IMG/VR virus record: IMGVR_UViG_3300037511_000448
Span: 1-34,067 of that record
From: a virus
Taxonomy: Duplodnaviria > Caudoviricetes
Direction: 5' to 3' (one strand)
Length of the DNA stretch: 34,067 nt
Positions 25,032 to 34,067 of the stretch are shown piece by piece. Positions within the stretch are counted from its first letter, which is position 1; every line of letters starts with the position of its first letter. A model generated the notes under the pieces. That model was not told the origin of the DNA. It made no database searches and worked only from the letters and a program-made list of their open reading frames with translations. A program made the translations under genes and the position numbers.

Positions 25032-25987
25032 TCTATTAAGCTCGACCCAATCGCTTTCCCTTTTTTAATACCTAAACCTAAAAAAGCAAGCGCTGAAACA
25101 GGGATGCCTATTTTTTTCAAAATGGGCTTAACCTCATCCCTGAAGTGAATATATTTTCTATAATCATCAATGCCTCCTTTAAGAAAATCAGCAATATCAT
25201 TATGCCCTTGCGCGCGTAATCCTTTTTCCATTTCCCCTAAAATAAGTTGTTTTAAATCGCGAGCTTCAGGCGCCAATAATCGTTCCGCTGCTAAAGGGGA
25301 TTTTCTTAAGCTTCTTTCATGATGACCAATTTGGGACTGCAAAGAGAAAGAAGGATTATATTCACCGGATTGAGCCGCTTTTATCATTTCATTAGTAGCA
25401 TGGGTTTTTGGCAAAAATGGCATAGCTTGGCCTATTAATTCCTGGTTAATCGGGATATTATTTACTTCTAAATCCTTAACCATTTTTTCGGCTTGTCGTA
25501 ACTGTCTTGCTGCACCACGCTGGCTAATGGGGAATTTACGAAGACCTGCTTTTACTAATCCCGCTACTCCAGTAATTTCAGGCGCATGCTCTACCCCTCC
25601 TTGAATCATCCTATCCATAAAGGTACCGGAGCCTTGTTGGCCAAATACATCTCCATAATTATTGGGATCATAAGGCAGCTTTTCAGATAATTTTGGATGG
25701 TTTCTATTTATAAACTTTGACCCTGGCAATTGATTAAATAGTTCCCCCGTTCCCTTGGTTCCCCGCTCGAATCCTTGCACTAAATCATGAGGAAGATTAT
25801 GCAGATTTCTGCCGGCATGCGTTAGTCCAATTAATATATTCCTTGGCAATTTGCTTAAAAAGCTTTCTTCTTTATGCGGAATATATCCAGAAGTATTTTC
25901 AATAGGTTTAAGTAAAGAAGCGTCAAACCCAGAATTTTGAGATTGGATTGGCCGTAATAAAGACATATCAAATTTATCATTAGGCAT
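25028..25987 (-). CDS. DNA ejection protein candidate (P22 gp16 position, 319 aa)
   Basis: Third of three helical G/A/Q-rich genes after the tail hub; start overlaps the upstream stop. Confidence 0.6.
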   Translation of the reverse strand: MPNDKFDMSLLRPIQSQNSGFDASLLKPIENTSGYIPHKEESFLSKLPRNILIGLTHAGRNLHNLPHDLVQGFERGTKGTGELFNQLPGSKFINRNHPKLSEKLPYDPNNYGDVFGQQGSGTFMDRMIQGGVEHAPEITGVAGLVKAGLRKFPISQRGAARQLRQAEKMVKDLEVNNIPINQELIGQAMPFLPKTHATNEMIKAAQSGEYNPSFSLQSQIGHHERSLRKSPLAAERLLAPEARDLKQLILGEMEKGLRAQGHNDIADFLKGGIDDYRKYIHFRDEVKPILKKIGIPVSALAFLGLGIKKGKAIGSSLID

Positions 25988-27293
25988 GCTTCCACCCCGC
26001 GGGAAGATTTTTTGCATTATAAGCAGGCGTTTCAAAAATCTTTCCATCTGGATCTATAATTTTAACCATCCTATTCATGTCAGAAGATTCTTTTTCTGCC
26101 GACGGATGTTGCTTGGGATTAAATAAATGTTTCTGAAAAGCCGGTACATTCGATTCACCCGCTTCAGTTGCCTCATTTAATATTTGTTGAAACCGCTGGT
26201 CCGCACGTTGCATGGCCTCAGGTGGTAAATTGAACTGCTTAATGATAGAGCCTATTTTTTCAGGAATATCGGATGAATTAAGAGATTCTCTTAATTGCTG
26301 ATAAGTAGATTTTTGTTTTCCTGAGCCCAGCGTAGAAGACTCTTTAACTACACCCGCAGTTAATAGTTTCTTTCCTAACAACCAATCATCTATTAACTGC
26401 TGGGCGGCAGGATTGGTTTTATATTCTCTAGAGGCTTGCTCAAATTTCCGAATAGAACCTTGACCAGAAATTGGCGACAATCCATTGCTGATATAAGGAA
26501 ATACATAATTAAAAAATCCACGACCTTTATGCTCTGTACGTTCAGTAGCTGTCAAAGGAATTTCTTTTCCTTCTATTTCCCCGGTTTTATCATTTTTTAT
26601 CCAGCGCTCTCCAGGCTTAAGCCCCCCTAAAGTACGGCCACGTAATCCGCTTAAGTCCTCTTTAGCCTGTTGCGATGCTTTATAAGTCTGGATGGCATTT
26701 TGATATACGGGACTGTCTTCACCTACTTCTTTACGTAACCGCTCTAAATCATATGCATCTCTCGCGGCCCCATGATACGCCTGTTCTTTTTCTATAGGAT
26801 CATACCCAAACTGTTGCTTAAAAAAACCTCTTAACAAAGGATTATTACGCAAAACATCCAAATTCATACCTTGAGCATCACCCGTTGATTGGGAGGGTGC
26901 AGTTTGTGCTTGCTCCAATCCTTCAGGAGAATACATCCCCAGCCCTTCTCCAGCTATTTTCTGAGGACGCGCTTCTTGCGGAACCATATTTCCAGCTCCA
27001 AGCATCTTAGCGATATTTTGAAATTGATTAATCTTATACATGGGGTCATTGGCGTTCCTCATTCCCTGCAACTGCTGCTCCATCATCATGCGCTTTAACG
27101 CATCAAACTGGCCAGCACGGGCTTGTTGTTTTTGCTGCATAGCCAATTGCTGCTGAAAATGCTGCTCTAGCTGCTTTTGTTTCTCGCGCTCTAAAATAGG
27201 CTGCATAATACGTGAAAACATCGTAGAGCCCGTATTTAAGCCTTGTAGAAGACCTTCGCCTGCTTCGCCGGGAAGCGGAATACCTAGTGCCAT
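25980..27293 (-). CDS. DNA ejection protein candidate (P22 gp20 position, 437 aa)
   Basis: Q-rich helical N-terminus, GGGAG SD, synteny. Confidence 0.65.
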   Translation of the reverse strand: MALGIPLPGEAGEGLLQGLNTGSTMFSRIMQPILEREKQKQLEQHFQQQLAMQQKQQARAGQFDALKRMMMEQQLQGMRNANDPMYKINQFQNIAKMLGAGNMVPQEARPQKIAGEGLGMYSPEGLEQAQTAPSQSTGDAQGMNLDVLRNNPLLRGFFKQQFGYDPIEKEQAYHGAARDAYDLERLRKEVGEDSPVYQNAIQTYKASQQAKEDLSGLRGRTLGGLKPGERWIKNDKTGEIEGKEIPLTATERTEHKGRGFFNYVFPYISNGLSPISGQGSIRKFEQASREYKTNPAAQQLIDDWLLGKKLLTAGVVKESSTLGSGKQKSTYQQLRESLNSSDIPEKIGSIIKQFNLPPEAMQRADQRFQQILNEATEAGESNVPAFQKHLFNPKQHPSAEKESSDMNRMVKIIDPDGKIFETPAYNAKNLPAGWKHA

Positions 27294-27295
27294 GG

Positions 27296-27904
27296 TTATC
27301 TCCCTATGAAATTCCAACCAGATGCACCAACCGGACCGCCCAGTGCTCCTGCCATTAATCCTCCGGCAGCGCCCAATCCTTTTTCAAATAAATTACGACC
27401 TGCATTCTGCTGTCCATAAGCCATTTGCGCCGAATTCTGACCCATATTCATAGCATTCTGACCCATTTGACCTGCCGCATTAGCGCCAGCACCAAAAATG
27501 TTCTGTCCGATGCCTGCGCCAGCCAAATATTTTTGCATCAAATCATTCATATATTGTTGCTTGTCAGCGGCTGCAATTTGAGAGGTGCCTTGTTGTAATG
27601 CATGCAGCGCTGGCGTAGAACCCATAAGCCCCATAGCACTTGCCGCATTCAAGCCGTGCTGGCTTGCCATGTCTTCAAGGTCTTTAGCATATTGTGATTC
27701 ATGGTAACCCTGGCTCCATTGGTCTTGGAGCGCCTGAGGATTTAATAAGGCCTGCATAGCCGAATTAATATCACCATAGACGTCCTGTCCATATTGGCTG
27801 TAAGGCTGTAAATAACCTTGCGCCTGTTGATAATATTTATCCAGTTGTTCCTGGCCTTTTTTATAGCCACGTCCTGGGTTTAAAAAATTAGATAACCAGC
27901 TCAT
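27296..27904 (-). CDS. DNA ejection / pilot protein (P22 gp7-like)
   Basis: Q/G/A/M-rich; YLQPY.QYG and ASAMGLMGS..AL motifs typical of gp7-like proteins. Confidence 0.75.
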   Translation of the reverse strand: MSWLSNFLNPGRGYKKGQEQLDKYYQQAQGYLQPYSQYGQDVYGDINSAMQALLNPQALQDQWSQGYHESQYAKDLEDMASQHGLNAASAMGLMGSTPALHALQQGTSQIAAADKQQYMNDLMQKYLAGAGIGQNIFGAGANAAGQMGQNAMNMGQNSAQMAYGQQNAGRNLFEKGLGAAGGLMAGALGGPVGASGWNFIGR

Positions 27905-27913
27905 ATCATGTCC

Positions 27914-28198
27914 TTATGCTATGACTACGACCACGCCATTAACTTTGGCCTTCAGTTCGTTTGTCGTTGTATCATACCACATCGTACCGTCCGCTGCGGT
28001 GGCAGAAAGTGTAGTTATTTGCGCAGTGGTAAATTGTGGCGCATATAATCCATTATCGTATCTGTTCAATTCATTTTGTATTAATGACAGCGTTTCATTA
28101 AGTGTATCTACTAATACAGAAAGCCATGAATTAAATTCAAAGCTAAAACCGTCTCCTGGTGACGGCACTGAATTTACTCTATCCAAAAATACAGACAT
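27914..28198 (-). CDS. Tail needle/plug candidate (P22 gp26 position, 94 aa)
   Basis: Helical N-half plus DGTMWYDTTTNELK beta tip; directly after the gp10-like gene. Confidence 0.5.
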   Translation of the reverse strand: MSVFLDRVNSVPSPGDGFSFEFNSWLSVLVDTLNETLSLIQNELNRYDNGLYAPQFTTAQITTLSATAADGTMWYDTTTNELKAKVNGVVVVIA

Positions 28199-29949
28199 TA
28201 ATTAGCTCCTCCTGAAGTTCTTCGGGAATTCCTAACTCCTCCCAAAATCACTATAGGTGCAGAACTTACGCAAACCAGTCTATAACATCTATTTCTAGAT
28301 ACACCCAATTGATACCAGCGCATACGCCATCTGTATTGACCTAAAGGGCTAAATTCACGCACGTCGGCGGGGAAAAAGGTATTGCCTCCATCATTGGAAT
28401 AATAAAGTTCAATATACGGTTTAAACAAGTCGCAATAATGATTGTCATCAAAAGTTGGTGTATTGGTGCCTTCTTGGATTAAATATTTGTCATCTTCACT
28501 TAAAATGTAAACGGGAACATCATCCGTAGAGTCTTCACCTACAATAAAGACCGTGTTTAAAAATGGAGTACAATTGTGATAGAACGTCTGGTCTCCAAAT
28601 ACAAAGTCAATCTCTACATAATCTTCTACAAATTCTGCATAATCGGGAAGAAATATCTGCTTGGTCACCAGTTCATAACGCATTGGGTATTTTTTAAAAG
28701 CATCGGCTGCTTGAGGATTGGTTTGCGCTGTATTTCTTAGCTCATTATAATAAATGTTTCCTGCCATATCATACATAGCAGGGTCTCCAGATACAGTAAC
28801 CAAATGCTTATTATTAAAATATATATGCTTTTGGATACGATTTCGCTCACCGTTAAGTTCAATTACACGTCCCCAGGTTCCTGTTTCAAAATTATACTCC
28901 ACAGCATTCGCAGAATTATTGAGATCTACTACCCCAAAGTCTAAAAATTTACCCGCCGACACACGATAAAAAACAGTGTTTTCATACTGATACAAAAAAC
29001 CATCGGCTCCATTTGTAATAAAAGGGCTTACGCCATCTTGCGACGTTGAATTTTCTAGTAATACATTAATTGCTTGCGAAGAAATATCTTGAGGCTGCTG
29101 CCCATTAGAAGACATAAAACTTACTAATCCATCTGCATTTTGGGCAAGCCATACCATACGACCAAATCCAATGGATAAAGAAAAGGGGTCTTCTATACCG
29201 TAATTTAGATTATACGAGGTATTTAATTTCCACGGGAATTCACTAGTACCCCCAGCCACTGAAAGCTGTGTAGGGATGTTCGACCAAACGTCAGTAGTAA
29301 AATCATTAAAAATATAAAGCTGATTATGTAATACGCCCATCTGTCCTATAACGCCTGTGGCCTGCGCAAATAAAGGAGCCACTGGAAGTCCTGAACTAAA
29401 ACATCCGGCAGCACCGCCGACAAGATTGATCGTGGTAAGATAGAAAAAAGGAGTATTCTTTGAACTTACTGCAAATCGGTTGCCAAAGGCGGCTACATAT
29501 AAAGGATTATTCGGCCTATCTCCATCAGTAACAGGCACCATGCTGACTGTAGTGCCATTTTCAGTAATGATAAAAATATTATGTTCATCCGTCATTAGTG
29601 CATAAATAGTGGTGCCGACTGCTAGGAAATCAAACCAAATATTTGTGCCAAGCGAAACAGTCCCTATTACTTTTTGATTATAAAATCTATCTACTTGTAT
29701 AACTTGATTTCCATCTACCACATAAAAATAATGGATAGTTTTAAAAACTACCCGAGGTTCTGCATTAAATATAAGACGATTCTCATTTAAAAAATTAATA
29801 TGCTTTCGTCCCATGGCTGGATACAATGCCTGTTGCTTCTTTCCAGATTCAACAGAAATACCATACCAATTGGCACAGTCCATAGAGCCAAACTGAATAA
29901 AGCGCTGCTTATCGTAATAACAAAAAATAGGTAGCTGTTCGATAGCCAT
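28198..29949 (-). CDS. Tail hub / packaged-DNA stabilisation protein (P22 gp10-like)
   Basis: Beta-propeller-like repeats; C-terminal YSNDGGNTF...GQYRWRMRW.QLG..R.R motif; synteny. Confidence 0.85.
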   Translation of the reverse strand: MAIEQLPIFCYYDKQRFIQFGSMDCANWYGISVESGKKQQALYPAMGRKHINFLNENRLIFNAEPRVVFKTIHYFYVVDGNQVIQVDRFYNQKVIGTVSLGTNIWFDFLAVGTTIYALMTDEHNIFIITENGTTVSMVPVTDGDRPNNPLYVAAFGNRFAVSSKNTPFFYLTTINLVGGAAGCFSSGLPVAPLFAQATGVIGQMGVLHNQLYIFNDFTTDVWSNIPTQLSVAGGTSEFPWKLNTSYNLNYGIEDPFSLSIGFGRMVWLAQNADGLVSFMSSNGQQPQDISSQAINVLLENSTSQDGVSPFITNGADGFLYQYENTVFYRVSAGKFLDFGVVDLNNSANAVEYNFETGTWGRVIELNGERNRIQKHIYFNNKHLVTVSGDPAMYDMAGNIYYNELRNTAQTNPQAADAFKKYPMRYELVTKQIFLPDYAEFVEDYVEIDFVFGDQTFYHNCTPFLNTVFIVGEDSTDDVPVYILSEDDKYLIQEGTNTPTFDDNHYCDLFKPYIELYYSNDGGNTFFPADVREFSPLGQYRWRMRWYQLGVSRNRCYRLVCVSSAPIVILGGVRNSRRTSGGAN

Positions 29950-30887
29950 CAGATGCCGGCCCTCACACGCCAAGCTCCATTGAGCAAAGATTGCTCATCA
30001 CCGGTAATAGATAAATTGACTTCACTCGCAGACTCCATTACATCCCGGGCTTCTTGATACAGGGCCTCTAGCTTTTCTGTCCAGGCATCCGCCCTTCCCG
30101 TATACATCGCTACATCTCTTGCGGTGGCAAATAGAAAAAAGCGTACATAATATTGAGGCAATGCACTCATATCGTCGCTACTTGTAAAATCAGATAACTG
30201 GAACTTGCCTCTTGCATAAAATTGAAAGAATTGCGACGGTGCAGGATAAAGACGCGCCGCCACTATCTCTGTATCGGGAAACGTAATAATAAAACGTGGC
30301 AATCCTTGTAAAGGCTCATACTTCCAAGCCGCCAAAAACTCGTCCCGGCTTTTATCAATCAAAGGATAGGTAACACCACTCAATACCATCCAGGCGCTAT
30401 CTAAATTAGCCAAACGTCCTGCCTGAATATAAGCAACTGAAGGGTCATTGGCTTGATTGGTAAACGTTAATAAATAGGTCCCCGTTAAGGTAATTAAGTT
30501 GCTGATAGTTATAAGATTATTATTTATTGCTGTAATAGTTGTACTTGCAGGTATACCGCTACCGGTTACTGCGTCTCCCACCCTATAAATAGTCCCATTG
30601 ACGACCGTGAATGTATTTAATCCGGTAGTAATAGAAACATACTCACTTTGTGAAGTGGAAGTATAATTTGTAGGTGTAAAGTAAATCTGTGTTTGACCAA
30701 GATTAATCGGTACAGTCACTGTTTTGGCCACTGTTAGCATTAATCCATTGCCTGCATAGTAATTCAGCAGTTGATTTAAGACTTGTATACACAGTTTTTG
30801 GTCATCGCCATGCAATGGTAAAGTAGGGTTATGCGCATTGATAAGGCGATATACCTGAAAGGCAAAATCACGGACGGTATACGACAT
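29949..30887 (-). CDS. Head-tail adaptor (P22 gp4-like) with an inserted beta-rich module
   Basis: TVRD....YRLI...LNQLL N-terminus, LYPAP and LPQYY..F...A.A C-terminal pattern; synteny. Confidence 0.75.
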   Translation of the reverse strand: MSYTVRDFAFQVYRLINAHNPTLPLHGDDQKLCIQVLNQLLNYYAGNGLMLTVAKTVTVPINLGQTQIYFTPTNYTSTSQSEYVSITTGLNTFTVVNGTIYRVGDAVTGSGIPASTTITAINNNLITISNLITLTGTYLLTFTNQANDPSVAYIQAGRLANLDSAWMVLSGVTYPLIDKSRDEFLAAWKYEPLQGLPRFIITFPDTEIVAARLYPAPSQFFQFYARGKFQLSDFTSSDDMSALPQYYVRFFLFATARDVAMYTGRADAWTEKLEALYQEARDVMESASEVNLSITGDEQSLLNGAWRVRAGI

Positions 30888-30890
30888 GGT

Positions 30891-31130
30891 TTACCCCTTT
30901 TTTTTAGGAGCAGAAGCAACCTTAAGAGGCGTTTTTTTAACGTCTTCTTTAGAGTCTAAAGGGAATATAGCTTCTTCAGGATTGGAGAACCAAGTACCTG
31001 ATGCTATATGTTCAATGTATTCTTCCCAGCTATTAACAAGCTTGGTAATTCCATCAGCGGCATAAATGAAAGCACGAAAACCATCCTTGGCAATAGAGCG
31101 TCCGTTATATACTACTTGCGTTCCTTGCAT
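30891..31130 (-). CDS. Small protein downstream of coat (79 aa)
   Basis: GGAGAAGG SD before the ATG at 31130. Confidence 0.65.
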   Translation of the reverse strand: MQGTQVVYNGRSIAKDGFRAFIYAADGITKLVNSWEEYIEHIASGTWFSNPEEAIFPLDSKEDVKKTPLKVASAPKKKG

Positions 31131-31178
31131 AACCTTCTCCCTAAAATAGGCGCCCAGTGGAGTAGGCGCCAATCTAGA

Positions 31179-32420
31179 TTAAGAACAAATCCTAACGGCA
31201 AATTCAGGGTTGATTGCTACCCCGCAGATGACGTCAATACGGTCTAATTGTTCATAATTACGGATATCAGCACCTAAAGAGTAAGTCATTGCTAACTTAT
31301 AAAGGTCGCTGTAACGAGTAACGGCGTCAACACCACCTTTCAGTTCCTTGATAGGAGGGGCTGCAAACACAACGGCTTGCGTATGGTAAGCTAAACTTAC
31401 GTTATGACTATCTCTCAATAACATTTGAGCACCATTAGGGATGGCTGCAGAAATATTTTGACGCGCACCCGAAGTCACAATCGTAGGATTAACAGGAACG
31501 TTAGCCGTACCGCCGCCAGTGGAGGTTACTTGCTCAGTAACTACAAACTGTGCACGCTGCTCTAAAGGCTCATAAGTCAATGGATTAACCATATACACAC
31601 CAGCGGAATCATCAACTTCTATTATGTCGCCTTCATTAAAGACGACCGTAGAAGCTACAAGCCCTGTAAGCGCAATGGTATTACCTGAAGATATGGGTCC
31701 GTTAGTCACTGTACCTGCAAGCTTAAATCCATCAGGAGGTGTACCGCCTGCTTGGCCTGCTCCGGCTATTTGACGTTGTAAAAAGTTTGTTTTAAAGAAA
31801 TCAAATCCAGATAAATGCCCTATAAATCCATCAATCAAAGCTCCAGTATTAACCGTATTATTAAATACGTTATACAAGTCATTAGAAAGATTAGCCGCAA
31901 CGCGTGGAGGAACCGCACAATACCGCTTTCCGTCTTCGGGTATGGCCAATTCAGTCATGTAGGCATCAGCACTTAAAATGGTGTTGAAGTCCACAGGAAC
32001 GCCTGGGGTTCCTACGGCTTGATAGGTTTGTTTCTGGAAATTGTCAGTAGCAATAAACTTTTCTACCAAGTTGGCCAAACGTTTCGCACGAGGCGCGTTT
32101 GCCATTTCAAGGTAGGGTTCATCACGGGCACGATCGAACGTCAGGTTAAAACCTGTATATTCAATCATCGTACGGAATTGTTTAGTAATAGATAAAGGTC
32201 TGATTACCTGAACGCGCGCTTCAGCAGTAGCAGTAGCGCCTTCGCCAGCTAAATATCTTTCTTCTAAGCGGTAATCAAGCGTTTGACCCGTTGCGAATTT
32301 GAGGTTTTTAAAATCACCTTCCAAATTGCGGTTTGCAGTTCTTGCAAAAGCAAGAGAGTTCCAAAAACGCACGAATACGTCATCCAAGACGTACTGCGTC
32401 TCTCTAAAGACGTTAGCCAT
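31179..32420 (-). CDS. Major capsid protein (P22 coat family)
   Basis: MAN start, GF.FF.TN, central insertion domain, SLAYH..A..FA..P and C-terminal RIDVICG...NPEFAVRI. Confidence 0.92.
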   Translation of the reverse strand: MANVFRETQYVLDDVFVRFWNSLAFARTANRNLEGDFKNLKFATGQTLDYRLEERYLAGEGATATAEARVQVIRPLSITKQFRTMIEYTGFNLTFDRARDEPYLEMANAPRAKRLANLVEKFIATDNFQKQTYQAVGTPGVPVDFNTILSADAYMTELAIPEDGKRYCAVPPRVAANLSNDLYNVFNNTVNTGALIDGFIGHLSGFDFFKTNFLQRQIAGAGQAGGTPPDGFKLAGTVTNGPISSGNTIALTGLVASTVVFNEGDIIEVDDSAGVYMVNPLTYEPLEQRAQFVVTEQVTSTGGGTANVPVNPTIVTSGARQNISAAIPNGAQMLLRDSHNVSLAYHTQAVVFAAPPIKELKGGVDAVTRYSDLYKLAMTYSLGADIRNYEQLDRIDVICGVAINPEFAVRICS

Positions 32421-32426
32421 TATTGT

Positions 32427-32548
32427 TCTCCGTGAACAAATTAGTAGTAAATCGCTCTAAATGAGCGCCTTAATTTCATTTGTCCGACGGGCGACAATAA
32501 TTACCGTCTTAAGTTACATTGAGGAATGGACCCTCTTACGCATGGAGA
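32427..32548 (-). ncRNA. Candidate structured leader (multi-stem junction) upstream of the coat gene
   Basis: Closing stem tctccatg/cacggaga (includes the SD) enclosing three hairpins. Confidence 0.5.
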
Positions 32549-32615
32549 TTATATTAAAGACAATACATCCTAAATGTCAACAATAAATGCCTGGTTATTA
32601 ATATTTTTATCAGAC

Positions 32616-33488
32616 TTATCCGCGTCCTCGGCGAGCGGTAAGTTGCGCACGTTTCTTGGCATCGGCCCTAGCAATCAAATCTTCTATGCTGTCACCATCT
32701 TGTTTTTTAGCCACAGGCATGCCTGCATCTTCCCTGGTTCGTCCTAAGGGTTTTGGTGCATTAGTAGCGCTTTTAGTTTTTCGCATACGCTCCTCTAATT
32801 TTCCCATTTCCACCATTTGCGCATAAGGGTCGCCTAATTGAGAAATGCGTTGCAATTCTGCAGGATGACGCTTGCTGGCCGCATATACAAAGGCAGCAGG
32901 GTCATTCACACCCCGCAATGCAAGCGTCATAGGGTCGGTTATTGGCTGCGCTCCTACTACTTCCTTGAAATCAGTGAATCTATCCATGCCATTAGCAAAG
33001 CGTTCTTGAAATTCATTATGGGCCTCCATCTCACGCTGTTGCTGTGCTTGCGAGGCTTGACGTTGGTTTATTTTAGTAAAGGTTTGCTCAACGAAAGATT
33101 CTAACTGTTGTTGCCACCCTTGTTCTGAGTCCGGGTTGTAGTTAAATTCTTGGGCTTGTTGTACTTGTCCTACTGTTGGCATAGGCTTATCTTGCGTTTT
33201 CATGCGAGCCAAACGTTCGCGTATAGCTTTATTAATTCGCTCACTGACCTCCTCTTCACTATACATGCGGGGCTTTTCTTTGGCATTTCCATAATCATCA
33301 ATTTCTACAGGTGCGGATTCTTCGGGTTCTTCTAAGGTTTCGTTAGTGGCTTCTGGCTCCTCATAATCAGTAGGTATTTCTGCATGGGAAGACTCATCCT
33401 GTGTGCTATCATATTCGGGTGTTTCAGGGTGAGCTTGTGTTTTATTTCCCATCAACATATCATCAATACTACTTGCTTCTGTACTCAT
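32616..33488 (-). CDS. Scaffolding protein
   Basis: Acidic N-terminus, coiled coil, EL.RI..L....Q..E.GKLE.R motif, basic C-terminus; between portal and coat. Confidence 0.85.
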   Translation of the reverse strand: MSTEASSIDDMLMGNKTQAHPETPEYDSTQDESSHAEIPTDYEEPEATNETLEEPEESAPVEIDDYGNAKEKPRMYSEEEVSERINKAIRERLARMKTQDKPMPTVGQVQQAQEFNYNPDSEQGWQQQLESFVEQTFTKINQRQASQAQQQREMEAHNEFQERFANGMDRFTDFKEVVGAQPITDPMTLALRGVNDPAAFVYAASKRHPAELQRISQLGDPYAQMVEMGKLEERMRKTKSATNAPKPLGRTREDAGMPVAKKQDGDSIEDLIARADAKKRAQLTARRGRG

Positions 33489-33505
33489 AACGTCCTCACT
33501 TATTG

Positions 33506-34067
33506 TTAAATTCTCTGCGTCAAAATCTTCACCAAATTATTAGCGTGAGCAATATTGGTATCGCTTTGCGTACGCTGCGTTTCTGCTGCATACCGAAGTT
33601 CTTGCTCTTGTAATTTTCCAGCCGTTTCCATACGCTCCGTTTCTAGTTCTTGAATCTTAAATTGCGCTTCCATGATGATTTGTTGACGCTTAAGCTCTAT
33701 TTCCTTTTCTTTGAGCTCTACTTCTTTAACCTTCAATTGCATCTGCTGTTGTTGCGCCTGCTGCTCCATAGCCATTGCTTGTTGCTCAGGTGAGGGCTGT
33801 CCTGATTCATTAGGCATCTTACCGGTTTTTCCTGCTTCTATAATTTGGGGAGGGACAAGCGTTTTGAGCCTGTTTTTAATCTCAATTGTGTTCATAAGCG
33901 GTAGATTTTCAGCATAAAGGTCAGCAATTAACCCAAATGCCTGCGGGTCGGCTTGGAGTATCTGCTGCAATGAATCCAGTGCTTGTTGTTTTTGTCCTTC
34001 AAAACTTGGCCCTGGTTTTAGGCGAACTTGGTATGTCCCTTTTCGAATATCATTTTTAATGACCTCG
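33506..34067 (-). CDS. Portal protein C-terminal part (Q/E-rich coiled-coil barrel)
   Basis: Same frame as 1-2111 through the repeat; long helical Q/E/K-rich tail as in the P22 portal barrel. Confidence 0.88.
   Translation of the reverse strand, partial: EVIKNDIRKGTYQVRLKPGPSFEGQKQQALDSLQQILQADPQAFGLIADLYAENLPLMNTIEIKNRLKTLVPPQIIEAGKTGKMPNESGQPSPEQQAMAMEQQAQQQQMQLKVKEVELKEKEIELKRQQIIMEAQFKIQELETERMETAGKLQEQELRYAAETQRTQSDTNIAHANNLVKILTQRI
33633..34067. repeat. Terminal direct repeat, copy 2 (matches 1-435)
   Basis: cgctccgtttctag... starts at 33633 and runs to the window end ...gacctcg, matching 1-435. Confidence 0.97.

Larger units (their letters stand above)
1..34067. mobile_element. Complete P22-like phage genome (unit about 33,632 bp), circular or circularly permuted
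   Basis: Terminase-portal-scaffold-coat-tail-ejection gene order as in P22; replication and lysis genes present; a 435-bp end overlap closes the circle in frame within the portal gene. Confidence 0.93.

Noticed and set aside
33633-34067. Fixed physical terminal repeat (T7-like) or attL/attR
   Set aside because: The repeat lies mid-portal with no host flanks; more consistent with assembly overlap of a circular or permuted genome.
1-34067. tRNA or rRNA genes
   Set aside because: No cloverleaf with T-loop/D-loop consensus recognised by eye in the intergenic gaps; tRNAscan-SE would be needed to exclude them formally.

Overview
The window is essentially one complete, circularly permuted P22-like (short-tailed, podovirus-type) phage genome. 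The unit length is about 33,632 bp: positions 1-435 recur at 33633-34067 with five synonymous differences, and the join falls inside the portal gene. The minus strand carries a full morphogenesis block: terS, terL, portal, scaffold, P22-type coat, gp4/gp10-like tail connectors, three ejection-protein candidates, several tailspike/fibre genes, small basic proteins and a GH24 lysozyme. It also carries a replication block (initiator with internal iterons, VRR-NUC nuclease, cold-shock protein). The plus strand carries an early operon (AAA/Sak4-like ATPase, DUF669-like protein, serine resolvase, WGR protein, DUF6378-like protein, stand-alone DnaB N-domain). I see no tyrosine or large-serine integrase and no CI-type repressor. 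Instead there is a plasmid-type maintenance set (RelBE-type TA pair, resolvase with a res-like site, HTH/coiled-coil protein with 10-bp phased repeats), suggesting a phage-plasmid or host-recombinase-dependent lifestyle. Several non-coding leaders look strongly structured. Gene content is reminiscent of Legionellales elements, but this is recall and inference, not a search result. All family assignments come from motif recognition and synteny by eye.
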